IMG/VR virus record: IMGVR_UViG_2529293223_000005
Reading direction: 5' to 3' (one strand)
Length of the DNA: 9,093 nucleotides
Source: a virus
Lineage: Duplodnaviria; Heunggongvirae; Uroviricota; Caudoviricetes
Shown: positions 1 through 7,761 of the stretch, in pieces
Layout: the number at the start of each line of letters is the position of its first letter
Position numbering within the stretch: position 1 is the first letter of the stretch
Made by a program: the position numbers and the translations under genes
Notes under the pieces: generated by a model
The model's input: only the letters and a program-made list of their open reading frames with translations
What the model was told of the DNA's origin: nothing
The model's database searches: none

Positions 1-939
1 TTATTTGATTTCAATTTTGTCCCACTCCCTGCCTCTGTCATCACGATACTGTGATGCCATGGTGTCCGACTTGTGCCCGAGAAGATGTTGAGCAAACTTA
101 TCGCTTATCTGCTTCTCATAGAGTCTTGCAGACAAATTGCGCAACTCGTGAAAGGTAGGTGGATCCCCTTCGAAGGAAAGACCTGATGCTTTTCGTGCGC
201 GCATAAAATACCTTGATACTGTGCCGGATGAAAGCGGTTCACGACGAGTAGATGCAATTATGGTTTCTCCGCCAAGAATCTCTTTGCATTTATCAAGTGT
301 TTCCTTCATTGATATCCCGAGAGCATCAACATGCAATGTTGTAGGGATGGCAATTTTTACGCCTGTTTTGCTTTGCTCGACATAAAGATATCCATCTACG
401 ATATCAGACCACTTCATTTCGCATAAATCACCAACTCGTTGCCCGGTAACAACAGCCAGTTCCATTGCAAGTCTGAGCCAACATGGTGATGATTCTGCTG
501 CTTGATAAATTTTCAGGTATTCGTCAGCCGTAAGTCTTGATCTCCTTACCTCTGATTTTGCTGCGCGAGTGGCAGCGACCGGGTTTGTTGTTATATGGCC
601 TTCAGCTATTGCCTCTCGGAATGCATCGCTCAGTGTTGATCTGATTAACTTGGCTGATGCCGCCTTGCCCTCGTCTATGTATCCATTGAGCATTGCCGCA
701 ATTTCTTTTGTGGTGATGTCTTCAAGTGGAGCATCAGGCAGCCCCCTCCTTATTGCTTTAATTTTGCTCATGTAATTTATGAGTGTCTTCTGCTTGATTC
801 CTCTGCTGGCGAGGATTTTTTCGTAGCGATCAAGCCATGAATGTAACGTAACAGAATTATCACTGTTGATTCTCGCTGTCAGAGGCTTGTGTTTGTGTCC
901 TGAAAATAACTCAATGTTGGCCTGTATAGCTTCAGTGAT
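1..939 (-). pseudogene. int: Lambda-type tyrosine integrase (Int), 5'-truncated; codons for about residues 45-356 present, N-terminal ~44 codons missing at the IS911 junction
   Basis: Minus-strand translation ends ...HLLGHKSDTMASQYRDDRGREWDKIEIK, which I recognise as the lambda Int C-terminus including the catalytic Tyr region. The reading frame continues in frame upstream of the tracked Met (ITEAIQANIELFSGHKHKPLTARINSDNSVTLHSWLDRYEKILASRGIKQKTLINY) to position 939, where the IS911 terminal repeat begins. Stop codon at 1-3. Confidence 0.9.
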
Positions 940-1011
940 TGAAGTGGCACACTGAATTTGGCCACCTGAACAGAGGTGATATGCTCACCTCAGAACAACA
1001 CAGGTGTTCCA

Positions 1012-2180
<1,169 letters not shown>

Positions 2181-2255
2181 CCACTTCAGATTGAGGTAGC
2201 CTGAGTTTAACGGACACTCCTTCCTGAAATAGAATGGCATCAGAAGGAGCTAATA

Positions 2256-2558
2256 ATGAGCAGAAAAACCCAACGTTACTCTAAAGAGTTCAAAGCCGAA
2301 GCTGTCAGAACGGTTCTTGAAAATCAACTTTCGATCAGTGAAGGCGCTTCCCGATTATCCCTTCCTGAAGGCACTTTAGGACAATGGGTTACCGCCGCCA
2401 GAAAAGGGCTCGGTACTCCTGGTTCCCGCACGGTGGCTGAACTGGAATCTGAAATTCTGCAACTGCGTAAGGCGTTAAATGAAGCTCGCCTTGAGCGAGA
2501 TATATTAAAAAAAGCAACAGCGTATTTTGCACAGGAGTCGCTGAAAAATACGCGTTAA
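2256..2558 (+). CDS. IS600 OrfA (HTH transposase N-terminal protein)
   Basis: 100-aa ORF MSRKTQRYSKEFKAEAVRTVLENQLSISEGASRLSLPEGTLGQWV...ERDILKKATAYFAQESLKNTR. RBS AGGAG lies 7 nt upstream. A7G slippery run at 2507-2514. Confidence 0.85.
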   Translation: MSRKTQRYSKEFKAEAVRTVLENQLSISEGASRLSLPEGTLGQWVTAARKGLGTPGSRTVAELESEILQLRKALNEARLERDILKKATAYFAQESLKNTR

Positions 2559-2593
2559 TCGAACAATGGCGACAACAATTTCCCATTGAAGCG

Positions 2594-3412
2594 ATGTGTC
2601 AGGTATTTGGTGTATCCAGGAGCGGTTATTACAACCGGGTACAGCATGAACCCTCAGACAGAAAACAAAGTGATGAGCGGCTAAAACTGGAGATTAAGGT
2701 GGCACATATCCGCACTCGCGAAACATATGGAACCCGGCGGCTCCAGACGGAGCTGGCAGAGAATGGCATCATCGTTGGTCGTGACCGACTGGCACGTCTT
2801 CGTAAGGAGCTAAGGCTACGCTGTAAGCAGAAACGCAAGTTCAGAGCGACTACGAACCCGAACCACAATCTGCCAGTTGCGCCAAATCTGCTGAACCAGA
2901 CGTTCGCTCCTACAGCACCAAATCAGGTCTGGGTGGCGGACCTGACGTATGTTGCCACACAGGAGGGATGGTTGTACCTCGCTGGCATCAAAGATGTTTA
3001 TACGTGCGAAATTGTCGGCTACGCCATGGGAGAGCGCATGACAAAAGAGCTGACAGGTAAAGCCCTGTTTATGGCGCTCAGGAGCCAGCGCCCACCTGCC
3101 GGGCTAATCCACCACTCTGATCGAGGTTCACAGTACTGCGCATACGATTACCGGGTCATACAGGAGCAGTTTGGTCTGAAAACATCAATGTCGCGTAAAG
3201 GTAACTGTTACGACAACGCTCCGATGGAAAGCTTCTGGGGAACGCTGAAAAATGAGAGCCTGAGCCACTATCGTTTTAATAACCGGGATGAAGCCATCTC
3301 AGTAATACGGGAATACATTGAGATTTTCTACAATCGTCAGCGTCGTCACTCTCGTCTGGGGAATATCTCCCCGGCAGCCTTCAGGGAAAAATATCATCAG
3401 ATTGCTGCTTAA
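2594..3412 (+). CDS. IS600 OrfB (DDE transposase catalytic domain), expressed as OrfAB by -1 frameshift
   Basis: 272-aa ORF with IS3-family transposase motifs (..HHSDRGSQYCA.., ..RKGNCYDNAPMESFW..), in the -1 frame relative to orfA. Confidence 0.85.
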   Translation: MCQVFGVSRSGYYNRVQHEPSDRKQSDERLKLEIKVAHIRTRETYGTRRLQTELAENGIIVGRDRLARLRKELRLRCKQKRKFRATTNPNHNLPVAPNLLNQTFAPTAPNQVWVADLTYVATQEGWLYLAGIKDVYTCEIVGYAMGERMTKELTGKALFMALRSQRPPAGLIHHSDRGSQYCAYDYRVIQEQFGLKTSMSRKGNCYDNAPMESFWGTLKNESLSHYRFNNRDEAISVIREYIEIFYNRQRRHSRLGNISPAAFREKYHQIAA

Positions 3413-3455
3413 AAAAAGAACAAATGGTAGTGCCCGCTATTGCCAGTACACCTCA

Positions 3456-3516
3456 TTCAGTTAATGCCTCGCAGAAAAAGCGCTCCTGCTGCTTAACAAA
3501 TTCAACGATATCGAAC
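3456..3516 (-). pseudogene. 5' end of a gene (MFDIVEFVKQQERFFCEALTE...) truncated by the IS600 right end
   Basis: ATG at 3514-3516 (minus) opens a frame that runs straight into the IS600 terminal repeat at 3455. It sits immediately downstream of the Gam-like ORF, the position lambda gives to its recombinase. Confidence 0.3.
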
Positions 3517-3535
3517 ATTTTTTTGGTCCTGAAAA

Positions 3536-3817
3536 TCAGAAAGGACAGGGGGAGAATTTTCTCTCCCATTCTTCTTCCGCCCGAGCATAGGCGATCGCTG
3601 AGATATAATCGTTGTACGCCTCTTCAGCTTTTTCGCCAGTGAGTGCCAGTTGGGCTTCTTTGGGTAAAAAAAGGCTGCTCATAAGCAATGGTTTATCGGG
3701 GAACATGCTGATAAGCTCCTGCGCCCGATCATCAATCCATTTATCCTTTTCATCCTGAATATGCTGATTAACCCAGCGACGCTCCTCTATGCGGTCGCAG
3801 GTGAGGTATGCGTTCAT
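3536..3817 (-). CDS. Small acidic protein, candidate Gam-like host-nuclease (RecBCD) inhibitor
   Basis: 93 aa with AGGAG 7 nt upstream of the ATG. The N-terminus MNAYLTCDRIEERRW resembles the start of the short form of lambda Gam (MNAYYIQDRLEAQSW) as I recall it; size and operon position fit. Similarity fades after about 25 residues, so the call is tentative. Confidence 0.45.
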   Translation of the reverse strand: MNAYLTCDRIEERRWVNQHIQDEKDKWIDDRAQELISMFPDKPLLMSSLFLPKEAQLALTGEKAEEAYNDYISAIAYARAEEEWERKFSPCPF

Positions 3818-3837
3818 GGCGGAACTCCTGATTCCGG

Positions 3838-4119
3838 TTAATGCATTAAATTAATTTGTCGGGAAAGCTGACAGACAGGGCAGTTACATTCTTCCTCCTG
3901 CTCTTTAGCGAAGAAATATGCAGCGGCCTGTAATGCGATGTCTTCTGGATGTTCCGCGATAAACATAACATTGCCTTCCGTATCAATAACAGAAATAGCC
4001 TCATCAGGCAGGACGACAAAATAGGCGATGATTTTATCATCCATAAAAACTTCTCCCATTATCGTTTCTGCTGGCGTTATGACGTTTTTTACATTGATAT
4101 TAATTTTTTGATTGAGCAT
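3838..4119 (-). CDS. Hypothetical small protein (93 aa) with C-terminal CxCPxC motif
   Basis: ORF with AGGA 7 nt upstream of the ATG. Tightly packed with flanking genes (11-nt gap to the upstream ORF stop). No family recognised. Confidence 0.55.
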   Translation of the reverse strand: MLNQKININVKNVITPAETIMGEVFMDDKIIAYFVVLPDEAISVIDTEGNVMFIAEHPEDIALQAAAYFFAKEQEEECNCPVCQLSRQINLMH

Positions 4120-4130
4120 GATATTTCCTT

Positions 4131-4343
4131 TCAGGCTGGTGAGATTAACGGTTGGCCTTTATGGTTCAGGTAAACTTCGATTGCATCTGAAATAATGCGG
4201 ATTTTTTCAATCAGTGAATGTGCGTAAAGTGCATTATTAACGTTAGCTGACGCCATGTAATAACGCCCGTTGTAAAGAATTGCTGTACCGGGTTTAACGT
4301 CCTCGCGAGAAACTAATGCGGTTCCGTAGTGAGGTTTGAGCAT
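4131..4343 (-). CDS. Hypothetical small protein (70 aa)
   Basis: ORF with a strong RBS (GGAGGA about 7 nt upstream of the ATG). Follows a structured intergenic hairpin. No family recognised. Confidence 0.5.
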   Translation of the reverse strand: MLKPHYGTALVSREDVKPGTAILYNGRYYMASANVNNALYAHSLIEKIRIISDAIEVYLNHKGQPLISPA

Positions 4344-4382
4344 GACAAATCCTCCGGTTAATTAATCCAGATATTTAATTTA

Positions 4383-4405
4383 ATCCCCGATATGTGATCG
4401 GGGAT
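4383..4405 (-). other. Perfect 9-bp stem / 5-nt loop hairpin (ATCCCCGAT-ATGTG-ATCGGGGAT) in the intergenic region between two small ORFs, flanked by GGTTAATTAA repeats
   Basis: Seen directly. GGTTAATTAA occurs at 4356-4365 and 4408-4417 on either side. No U-tract follows, so it is not a classical terminator; more likely an RNA processing/stability element or a protein-binding site. Confidence 0.4.
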
Positions 4406-4413
4406 GGGGTTAA

Positions 4414-4701
4414 TTAAAGATTAACGTTGAAACCAAAGCGGGAAGACTTTTCCGATGTGCGGGAAATATCCAGCAATTTACGGCGCATTTCTTCCGTCAG
4501 ATGCTTGAAGGCGTTAAATTCGGCGACAGCCGCATCGACGTTATAGCCGTTACGACGTAATTCATTAAATATGCGCATTGCAGGGCTTGGCATGTCGAAT
4601 AAGACGGAGGTATCAAGCTGCAATGTATTTCTATCAACATAGTTCATCGTGGCATAGGGGTGATGCTCTGAAAACCACGATAAAGGGAAATTGATATTCA
4701 T
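4414..4701 (-). CDS. Hypothetical small protein (95 aa), start uncertain
   Basis: ORF between the Rha-like gene and the hairpin. No convincing Shine-Dalgarno before either candidate ATG (4701 or 4647). No family recognised. Confidence 0.4.
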   Translation of the reverse strand: MNINFPLSWFSEHHPYATMNYVDRNTLQLDTSVLFDMPSPAMRIFNELRRNGYNVDAAVAEFNAFKHLTEEMRRKLLDISRTSEKSSRFGFNVNL

Positions 4702-4734
4702 CGCAGGAGAAGACAGGGCCAGTTGTTTCTGTTC

Positions 4735-5052
4735 CTATAGTTGTTTTTCCATGCGATCGAATTCAGCAATGTAGGCTTCCTTGAATGCAGCTGCTTTTTT
4801 GCCGGTGAAGCCCATCACCAGAAAAACGAAGCCGTTTTTGGTGATTTGGTAGGCGTTATAGGTATTGCCTCGGTGTTCGAATTTAACCCGCGAAAAGTTG
4901 CGGGTTAAGAATTGCTCAGAGCATTCGAGGGATTCTATTTTCTGAACAACATGGTGATGCTGCTTGCCAAAAAACTCAGCAATCGAAATAGAAGTAGTGA
5001 CGGCGCGACCATTTTCGATGGTTACGTCAGGGTGAGAAAGGGTAGTAGCCAT
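4735..5052 (-). CDS. Rha-family phage regulatory protein (Phage_pRha-like domain)
   Basis: The C-terminal half (ISIAEFFGKQHHHVVQKIESL...YQITKNGFVFLVMGFTGKKAAAFKEAYIAEFDRMEKQL) fits the Rha-family pattern as I remember it (FGK.H.NVLR.I, L.MGFTG.KA..FKEAYI..F..ME). The likely start is the internal ATG at 5050-5052 (MATTLSHPD...), which has GAGGA 7 nt upstream. The ORF-track start at 5211 has no RBS and would overlap the terminator. Confidence 0.7.
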   Translation of the reverse strand: MATTLSHPDVTIENGRAVTTSISIAEFFGKQHHHVVQKIESLECSEQFLTRNFSRVKFEHRGNTYNAYQITKNGFVFLVMGFTGKKAAAFKEAYIAEFDRMEKQL

Positions 5053-5216
5053 AATGACATCCTCAAGTGATAAGTTAATTAACTCACCACCAGAGGTGCT
5101 AATCTCATGGGTGGTGAGACGCACAGGGTTAGCACTACCGGTCACTCGAGAACCCGGCCAGCCTTGCGGCTGCCCCGCACGCCTCACCATAATTTGAATG
5201 TGGCTGTGCATTACGC

Positions 5217-5241
5217 ATAAAAAAACCGCTTCAGCGCGGTT
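5217..5241 (-). terminator. Intrinsic terminator on the leftward (minus-strand) transcript
   Basis: The minus-strand RNA reads AACCGC-GCUGAA-GCGGUU followed by UUUUUUUAU (plus-strand A-run at 5219-5225). It lies about 165 nt upstream of the Rha-like start and is directly preceded on the same transcript by a second GC-rich hairpin at 5262-5281. Confidence 0.5.
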
Positions 5242-5599
5242 ATGCGCTCGAGTAACTTTCGGGGTGCTAATCCCGGCACCCGTTTTATGAGGTGTTCGCC
5301 AAATATAGCCCCGACATCACACGCAGTCAATATCGTCCTTTCTCGGAAATGCTTTGGCGGTGCCGCCTGCACCCCAAAACATTCCCTGTATTGGTCAGCG
5401 CCAACTTCCTGCCAGTGTTGCCCGTTCTCACGCCGTTCTCGCTCTCGCGCGGGGATACTCTCTCATCGACCGGATCGCACCCGATGATACAGCACGTTTA
5501 CGTGTAGGGGTCTAAACAGGTCATTGACGCTGTAAAGCTCCAGATTGTTAAAGAGCATTTTGCGGCGGGTTAAGTCGCGCCGTACGACTGATTTATGTA

Positions 5600-5614
5600 G
5601 CCCTGTGTCAGGGC
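5600..5614 (-). promoter_or_regulatory. boxB-like RNA hairpin (candidate nutL-type site) on the leftward leader
   Basis: Minus-strand RNA GCCCU-GACAC-AGGGC has the same 5-bp stem as lambda boxB (GCCCU-GAAAA/GAAGA-AGGGC) with a pentaloop. It lies 15-30 nt downstream of the candidate leftward promoter. A boxA-like GCUCUUUAA occurs about 45 nt further downstream (plus 5548-5556). Confidence 0.35.
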
Positions 5615-5637
5615 GCGATGTTTCTGGCTTGGGTAAA

Positions 5638-5666
5638 ATATAATAAGCGCAACTGACCGCAGTCAA
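5638..5666 (-). promoter_or_regulatory. Candidate leftward early promoter (pL-like) with a possible overlapping operator
   Basis: On the minus strand: TTGACT (plus 5661-5666), 17-nt spacer, TTATAT (plus 5638-5643). The adjacent AATAGCAAGGCTAATA shares the 6/7-mers AATAGC and GCTAATA with the cI-cro intergenic region (7695-7734), which would fit a shared CI operator half-site. An AT-rich tract lies upstream. Confidence 0.3.
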
Positions 5667-5895
5667 TAGCAAGGCTAATAATTTAATTTTAATCTATGTG
5701 ATTGATTTTTAGATTAATTTATTTATGTAAAAAATATAAGCGAGGATAATGCAGGTGGTGAGTTATGGAGGATGCGCAAAGAAAAACCGGCGCTGAGGCC
5801 GGTTACTCTGTGTTAGATTTGGTGTGAGGGAACCCCCTGATAACACTAAGAAAAGCAGTGAACAGTCAAAGAGAACCCAGCGGGCTTGGTGGCTT

Positions 5896-5924
5896 TTGAC
5901 AAAAACATCGCCTGTAACTATAAT
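5896..5924 (+). promoter_or_regulatory. Consensus sigma70 promoter upstream of hicA, with overlapping palindrome
   Basis: TTGACA (5896-5901), 17-bp spacer, TATAAT (5919-5924): a perfect match to consensus. The -10 sits inside the palindrome AACTA-TAAT-TAGTT (5916-5929), followed by TTGCAA, a plausible autoregulatory operator. Confidence 0.6.
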
Positions 5925-5953
5925 TAGTTGCAATGTAGCGAAGATGAGATTAT

Positions 5954-6208
5954 GTGGGTATGGGGAAAGCAGATAAGCTACTGGAAAAGTTTTTAAACAG
6001 TAAAAAAACGTTTGAATGGGATGAGTTGGTCGTTTTGTTTTCCTCTCTGGGATATGTCAAAAAGGAAATGCAGGGCTCAAGAGTGCGGTTTTTCAATGCT
6101 GAAATCAACCACACCATATTAATGCATCGCCCACATCCAGAAAGTTATATTAAAGGTGGAACGCTGAAAGCGATTAAACAGAATCTGAAAGAGGCTGGGG
6201 TATTATGA
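5954..6208 (+). CDS. hicA: HicA-family toxin (type II toxin-antitoxin, mRNA interferase-like)
   Basis: 84-aa ORF (GTG start at 5954, or ATG at 5960). The layout ...WDELVVLFSSLGY...GSRVRF...MHRPHP...GTLKAIKQNLKEAGVL fits the HicA/YcfA family pattern. The stop overlaps the next ORF's start (ATGA at 6205-6208), and toxin-first order is the usual HicAB arrangement. Confidence 0.7.
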   Translation: MGMGKADKLLEKFLNSKKTFEWDELVVLFSSLGYVKKEMQGSRVRFFNAEINHTILMHRPHPESYIKGGTLKAIKQNLKEAGVL

Positions 6209-6549
6209 ATCATCTAAAATATAAAGGATATTTAGGTACAGTAGAACCAGATTTTGAAAATAATATCCTGTACGGAAAACTGGCGTTTATTCGAGACCTG
6301 GTAACTTATGAGGCTTCTACATTAGCTGAACTGGAACAGGAGTTTAAGACATCGGTTGAGCTGTATTTACAGTCTTGTGTGGAGGATGGAAAGGAGCCTG
6401 ATACCCCGTTTAAAGGTGTGTTTAACGTCAGACTTGATCCAGAACTGCATCGTCGGGTCGCTGAAATGGCGATGGAAGAAGATTTATCACTGAACGCCTT
6501 TGTTAATAAGGCGCTGGAAAAAGAAGTCAACCATCACACAGGGGCTTAA
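6205..6549 (+). CDS. hicB: HicB-family antitoxin (RNase H-like fold N-domain plus C-terminal ribbon-helix-helix DNA-binding tail)
   Basis: 114 aa. MNHLKYKGYLGTVEPDFENNILYGKLAFIRDLVTYEASTLAELEQEFKTSVELYL...PFKGVFNVRLDPELHRRVAEMAMEEDLSLNAFVNKALEKEV matches the HicB pattern (Y.GY.G.VE.D...G.......E..T..EL...F...V..YL; NVR+.PELH...A..A.....SLN.FV...L). Translationally coupled to hicA. Confidence 0.75.
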   Translation: MNHLKYKGYLGTVEPDFENNILYGKLAFIRDLVTYEASTLAELEQEFKTSVELYLQSCVEDGKEPDTPFKGVFNVRLDPELHRRVAEMAMEEDLSLNAFVNKALEKEVNHHTGA

Positions 6550-6636
6550 TGTTCCCTTCGTCTTTGACATCCTCACCGCCGAAGAATGGGGAATTTACGG
6601 CGCACTGGTAAATGGTGGGGCGAGCAGGAGGCAAAC

Positions 6637-6665
6637 AAAACCCGGCACCAAGGCCGGGTTTTGTT
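6637..6665. terminator. Bidirectional intrinsic terminator between the convergent hicAB and cI units
   Basis: AAAA-CCCGGC-ACCAAG-GCCGGG-TTTTGTT: a perfect 6-bp GC stem flanked by an A-run and a T-run, so it reads as a terminator in both directions. About 90 nt downstream of the hicB stop. Confidence 0.7.
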
Positions 6666-6703
6666 ATTGGTGCATTTGGCAGGTTGTAATATCTGGTCCA
6701 TAA

Positions 6704-6735
6704 GCCAAAGTAAAAACAGGCTTGTTGATCAAGCC
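6704..6735 (-). terminator. Candidate intrinsic terminator for the cI transcript
   Basis: Minus-strand RNA GGCUUG-AUCAA-CAAGCC followed by UGUUUUUACUUU, about 200 nt downstream of the cI stop. Confidence 0.35.
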
Positions 6736-6936
6736 CATGTTCTTTAATGATTGAATCATTTTTCCTTGCTAAGTATTTCTTCCACTTGTTGTGTCAAGGA
6801 TTTGTCTTTGTTCATTTATGGCTCACTTGATTGCGACTGCTCCCCGCCCGCATTGGGCGAGGGTTCTCGGAGATTTTTCGCTGAAAAAGGAAATAAAATA
6901 GCCTCCCTGCAAGGTTATTGATATCATCCTGTGAGT

Positions 6937-7656
6937 TCAATCAAAAGTCTCATCATTCCACTGCGACTTTATGACCTTTCCGACAAACTGGCAGTTTTCG
7001 TTACACTCAATCATGTCGAATCGTGGGTTGAGTGGCTCCAGGTACGCTTTACCGCTCTCACGAATGAATCGTTTGAAGGTGAATTCATCGCCATTCATTC
7101 GGGCCACGCAAAAATCGCCATCCTCAATCTCCCGCTCAGGGTCAACGAGTATCAGCATCCCTTCGGGGAAACTGGGTTTACCACCCTGCGGCGCGGTCAT
7201 TGAATGCCCCTTGACCTCCAGCCAGAACGACCTGTCACTGGCTTTTGTGGTGGTGGAGATCCACTTAATCGCATCCTTTGCGGTGTACGAAAAATCATCC
7301 ATTGAGAAAGCTCCAGCCTGTACGCAGGAGAGTAACGGATATTCGTAATATTTCTCGAACAGGTTACGCCTGTTTCCCGGTGTGTGGGTACGAATACTGC
7401 GTAACAAATCACTCAGATCTGGATTAATTTCTTCCGCAGGAACCTGTAATAAAGCCGCAAACTTAAGGGTATTTTCAGTATTTAACGCAATTTTTGCGTT
7501 CAATAACTGACTAACAGCCCCCTGCGTTTTGAAGCCGAGGATATCTGCGGCTTTTTCCTGGCTTAGGGATAGCTGTTTCCGTTTTTCATCCCAGATTTTG
7601 CGCAGTCGTTCAGCGTTCTGGATGTCTTTGTCAGTAATTGTAATTTTCTTCGTCAT
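6937..7656 (-). CDS. cI: Lambda CI-like prophage repressor (N-terminal HTH domain plus C-terminal S24 LexA-like autopeptidase domain)
   Basis: The C-terminal half ([91 protein letters not shown]) is close to lambda CI as I recall it, including the Ser (GHSMTAP) and Lys (FTFKRF) catalytic dyad and an Ala-Gly cleavage site (VQAGAF). The N-terminal HTH domain is diverged. Start taken at ATG 7654-7656 (MTKKITIT...) with GGAGG 7 nt upstream; the ORF-track start at 7695 is an upstream extension. Confidence 0.9.
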   Translation of the reverse strand: MTKKITITDKDIQNAERLRKIWDEKRKQLSLSQEKAADILGFKTQGAVSQLLNAKIALNTENTLKFAALLQVPAEEINPDLSDLLRSIRTHTPGNRRNLFEKYYEYPLLSCVQAGAFSMDDFSYTAKDAIKWISTTTKASDRSFWLEVKGHSMTAPQGGKPSFPEGMLILVDPEREIEDGDFCVARMNGDEFTFKRFIRESGKAYLEPLNPRFDMIECNENCQFVGKVIKSQWNDETFD

Positions 7657-7707
7657 AGTGCCTCCAATTTTATTAGCAACACAAATACTTATCAAATAGC
7701 TAGCCTG

Positions 7708-7735
7708 TTGACATTTAAATCAGGTAAGCTAATAT
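7708..7735 (+). promoter_or_regulatory. PR-like promoter for the Cro-like gene, within the cI-cro divergent control region
   Basis: TTGACA (7708-7713), 16-bp spacer, TAATAT (7730-7735), then GGAGG (7751-7755) and ATG at 7762. The region carries the palindromes TAGCTA/GCTAGC and ATTTAAAT, and AGCTAGCCTG / CAGGTAAGCT flank the -35. A weak-consensus candidate PRM (TAATAA -10) lies on the minus strand at about 7663-7700. Operators were not resolved. Confidence 0.5.
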
Positions 7736-7761
7736 CGGAAAATTGAAATGGGAGGATCTCT

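Larger units (their letters stand above)
2192..3455 (+). mobile_element. IS600-like insertion sequence (IS3 family), complete, 1264 bp
   Basis: Left end TGAGGTAGCCTGAGTTTAACGG, right end ...CCAGTACACCTCA (imperfect inverted repeat, TG...CA termini). Internal orfA/orfB with an A7G slippery run. The flanks do not match (GAT on the left, TTC on the right). Confidence 0.8.

Noticed and set aside
1-60. Searched the left edge for a lambda attL/attP core next to int
   Set aside because: The window begins inside the int 3' end; any attachment site lies to the left, outside the window.
569-775. 68-aa plus-strand ORF
   Set aside because: Lies antisense inside the integrase coding sequence, has no RBS and a low-complexity composition; spurious.
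2389-2868. Minus-strand ORFs (2389-2586, 2629-2868) inside IS600
   Set aside because: Antisense to the transposase genes; no RBS; spurious.
3424-3642. 72-aa plus-strand ORF spanning the IS600 right end
   Set aside because: Crosses the IS boundary and runs antisense to the Gam-like gene; an artefact of the junction.
3846-4173. Overlapping ORFs 3846-4040 (-) and 3949-4173 (+)
   Set aside because: Alternative frame or antisense of the better-supported 93-aa and 70-aa minus-strand genes, which have Shine-Dalgarno sites.
4355-4417. Repeated GGTTAATTAA motifs, considered as CRISPR-like or att-like repeats
   Set aside because: Only two short copies flanking a hairpin; no spacer-repeat periodicity. 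Treated as part of a regulatory hairpin context.
5052-5211. Long form of the Rha-like ORF starting at 5211
   Set aside because: That start has no RBS and would place the coding sequence against the upstream terminator. The internal ATG at 5052 has a good GAGGA RBS and marks the beginning of the recognisable Rha region.
5242-5672. ORFs 5242-5487 (+), 5292-5507 (+) and 5463-5672 (-) in the leader region; considered as a possible N-like antiterminator
   Set aside because: None has an RBS or N-like composition (not Arg-rich at the N-terminus). The minus-strand ORF starts upstream of the candidate promoter. Treated as non-coding.
6306-6703. ORFs 6306-6530 (-) and 6500-6703 (+)
   Set aside because: The first is antisense to hicB and Ser-rich. 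The second overlaps the hicB 3' end and runs through the terminator.
6931-7412. ORFs 6931-7203 (+), 6971-7348 (+) and 7197-7412 (-) overlapping cI
   Set aside because: Antisense or out of frame relative to the strongly supported cI repressor gene.
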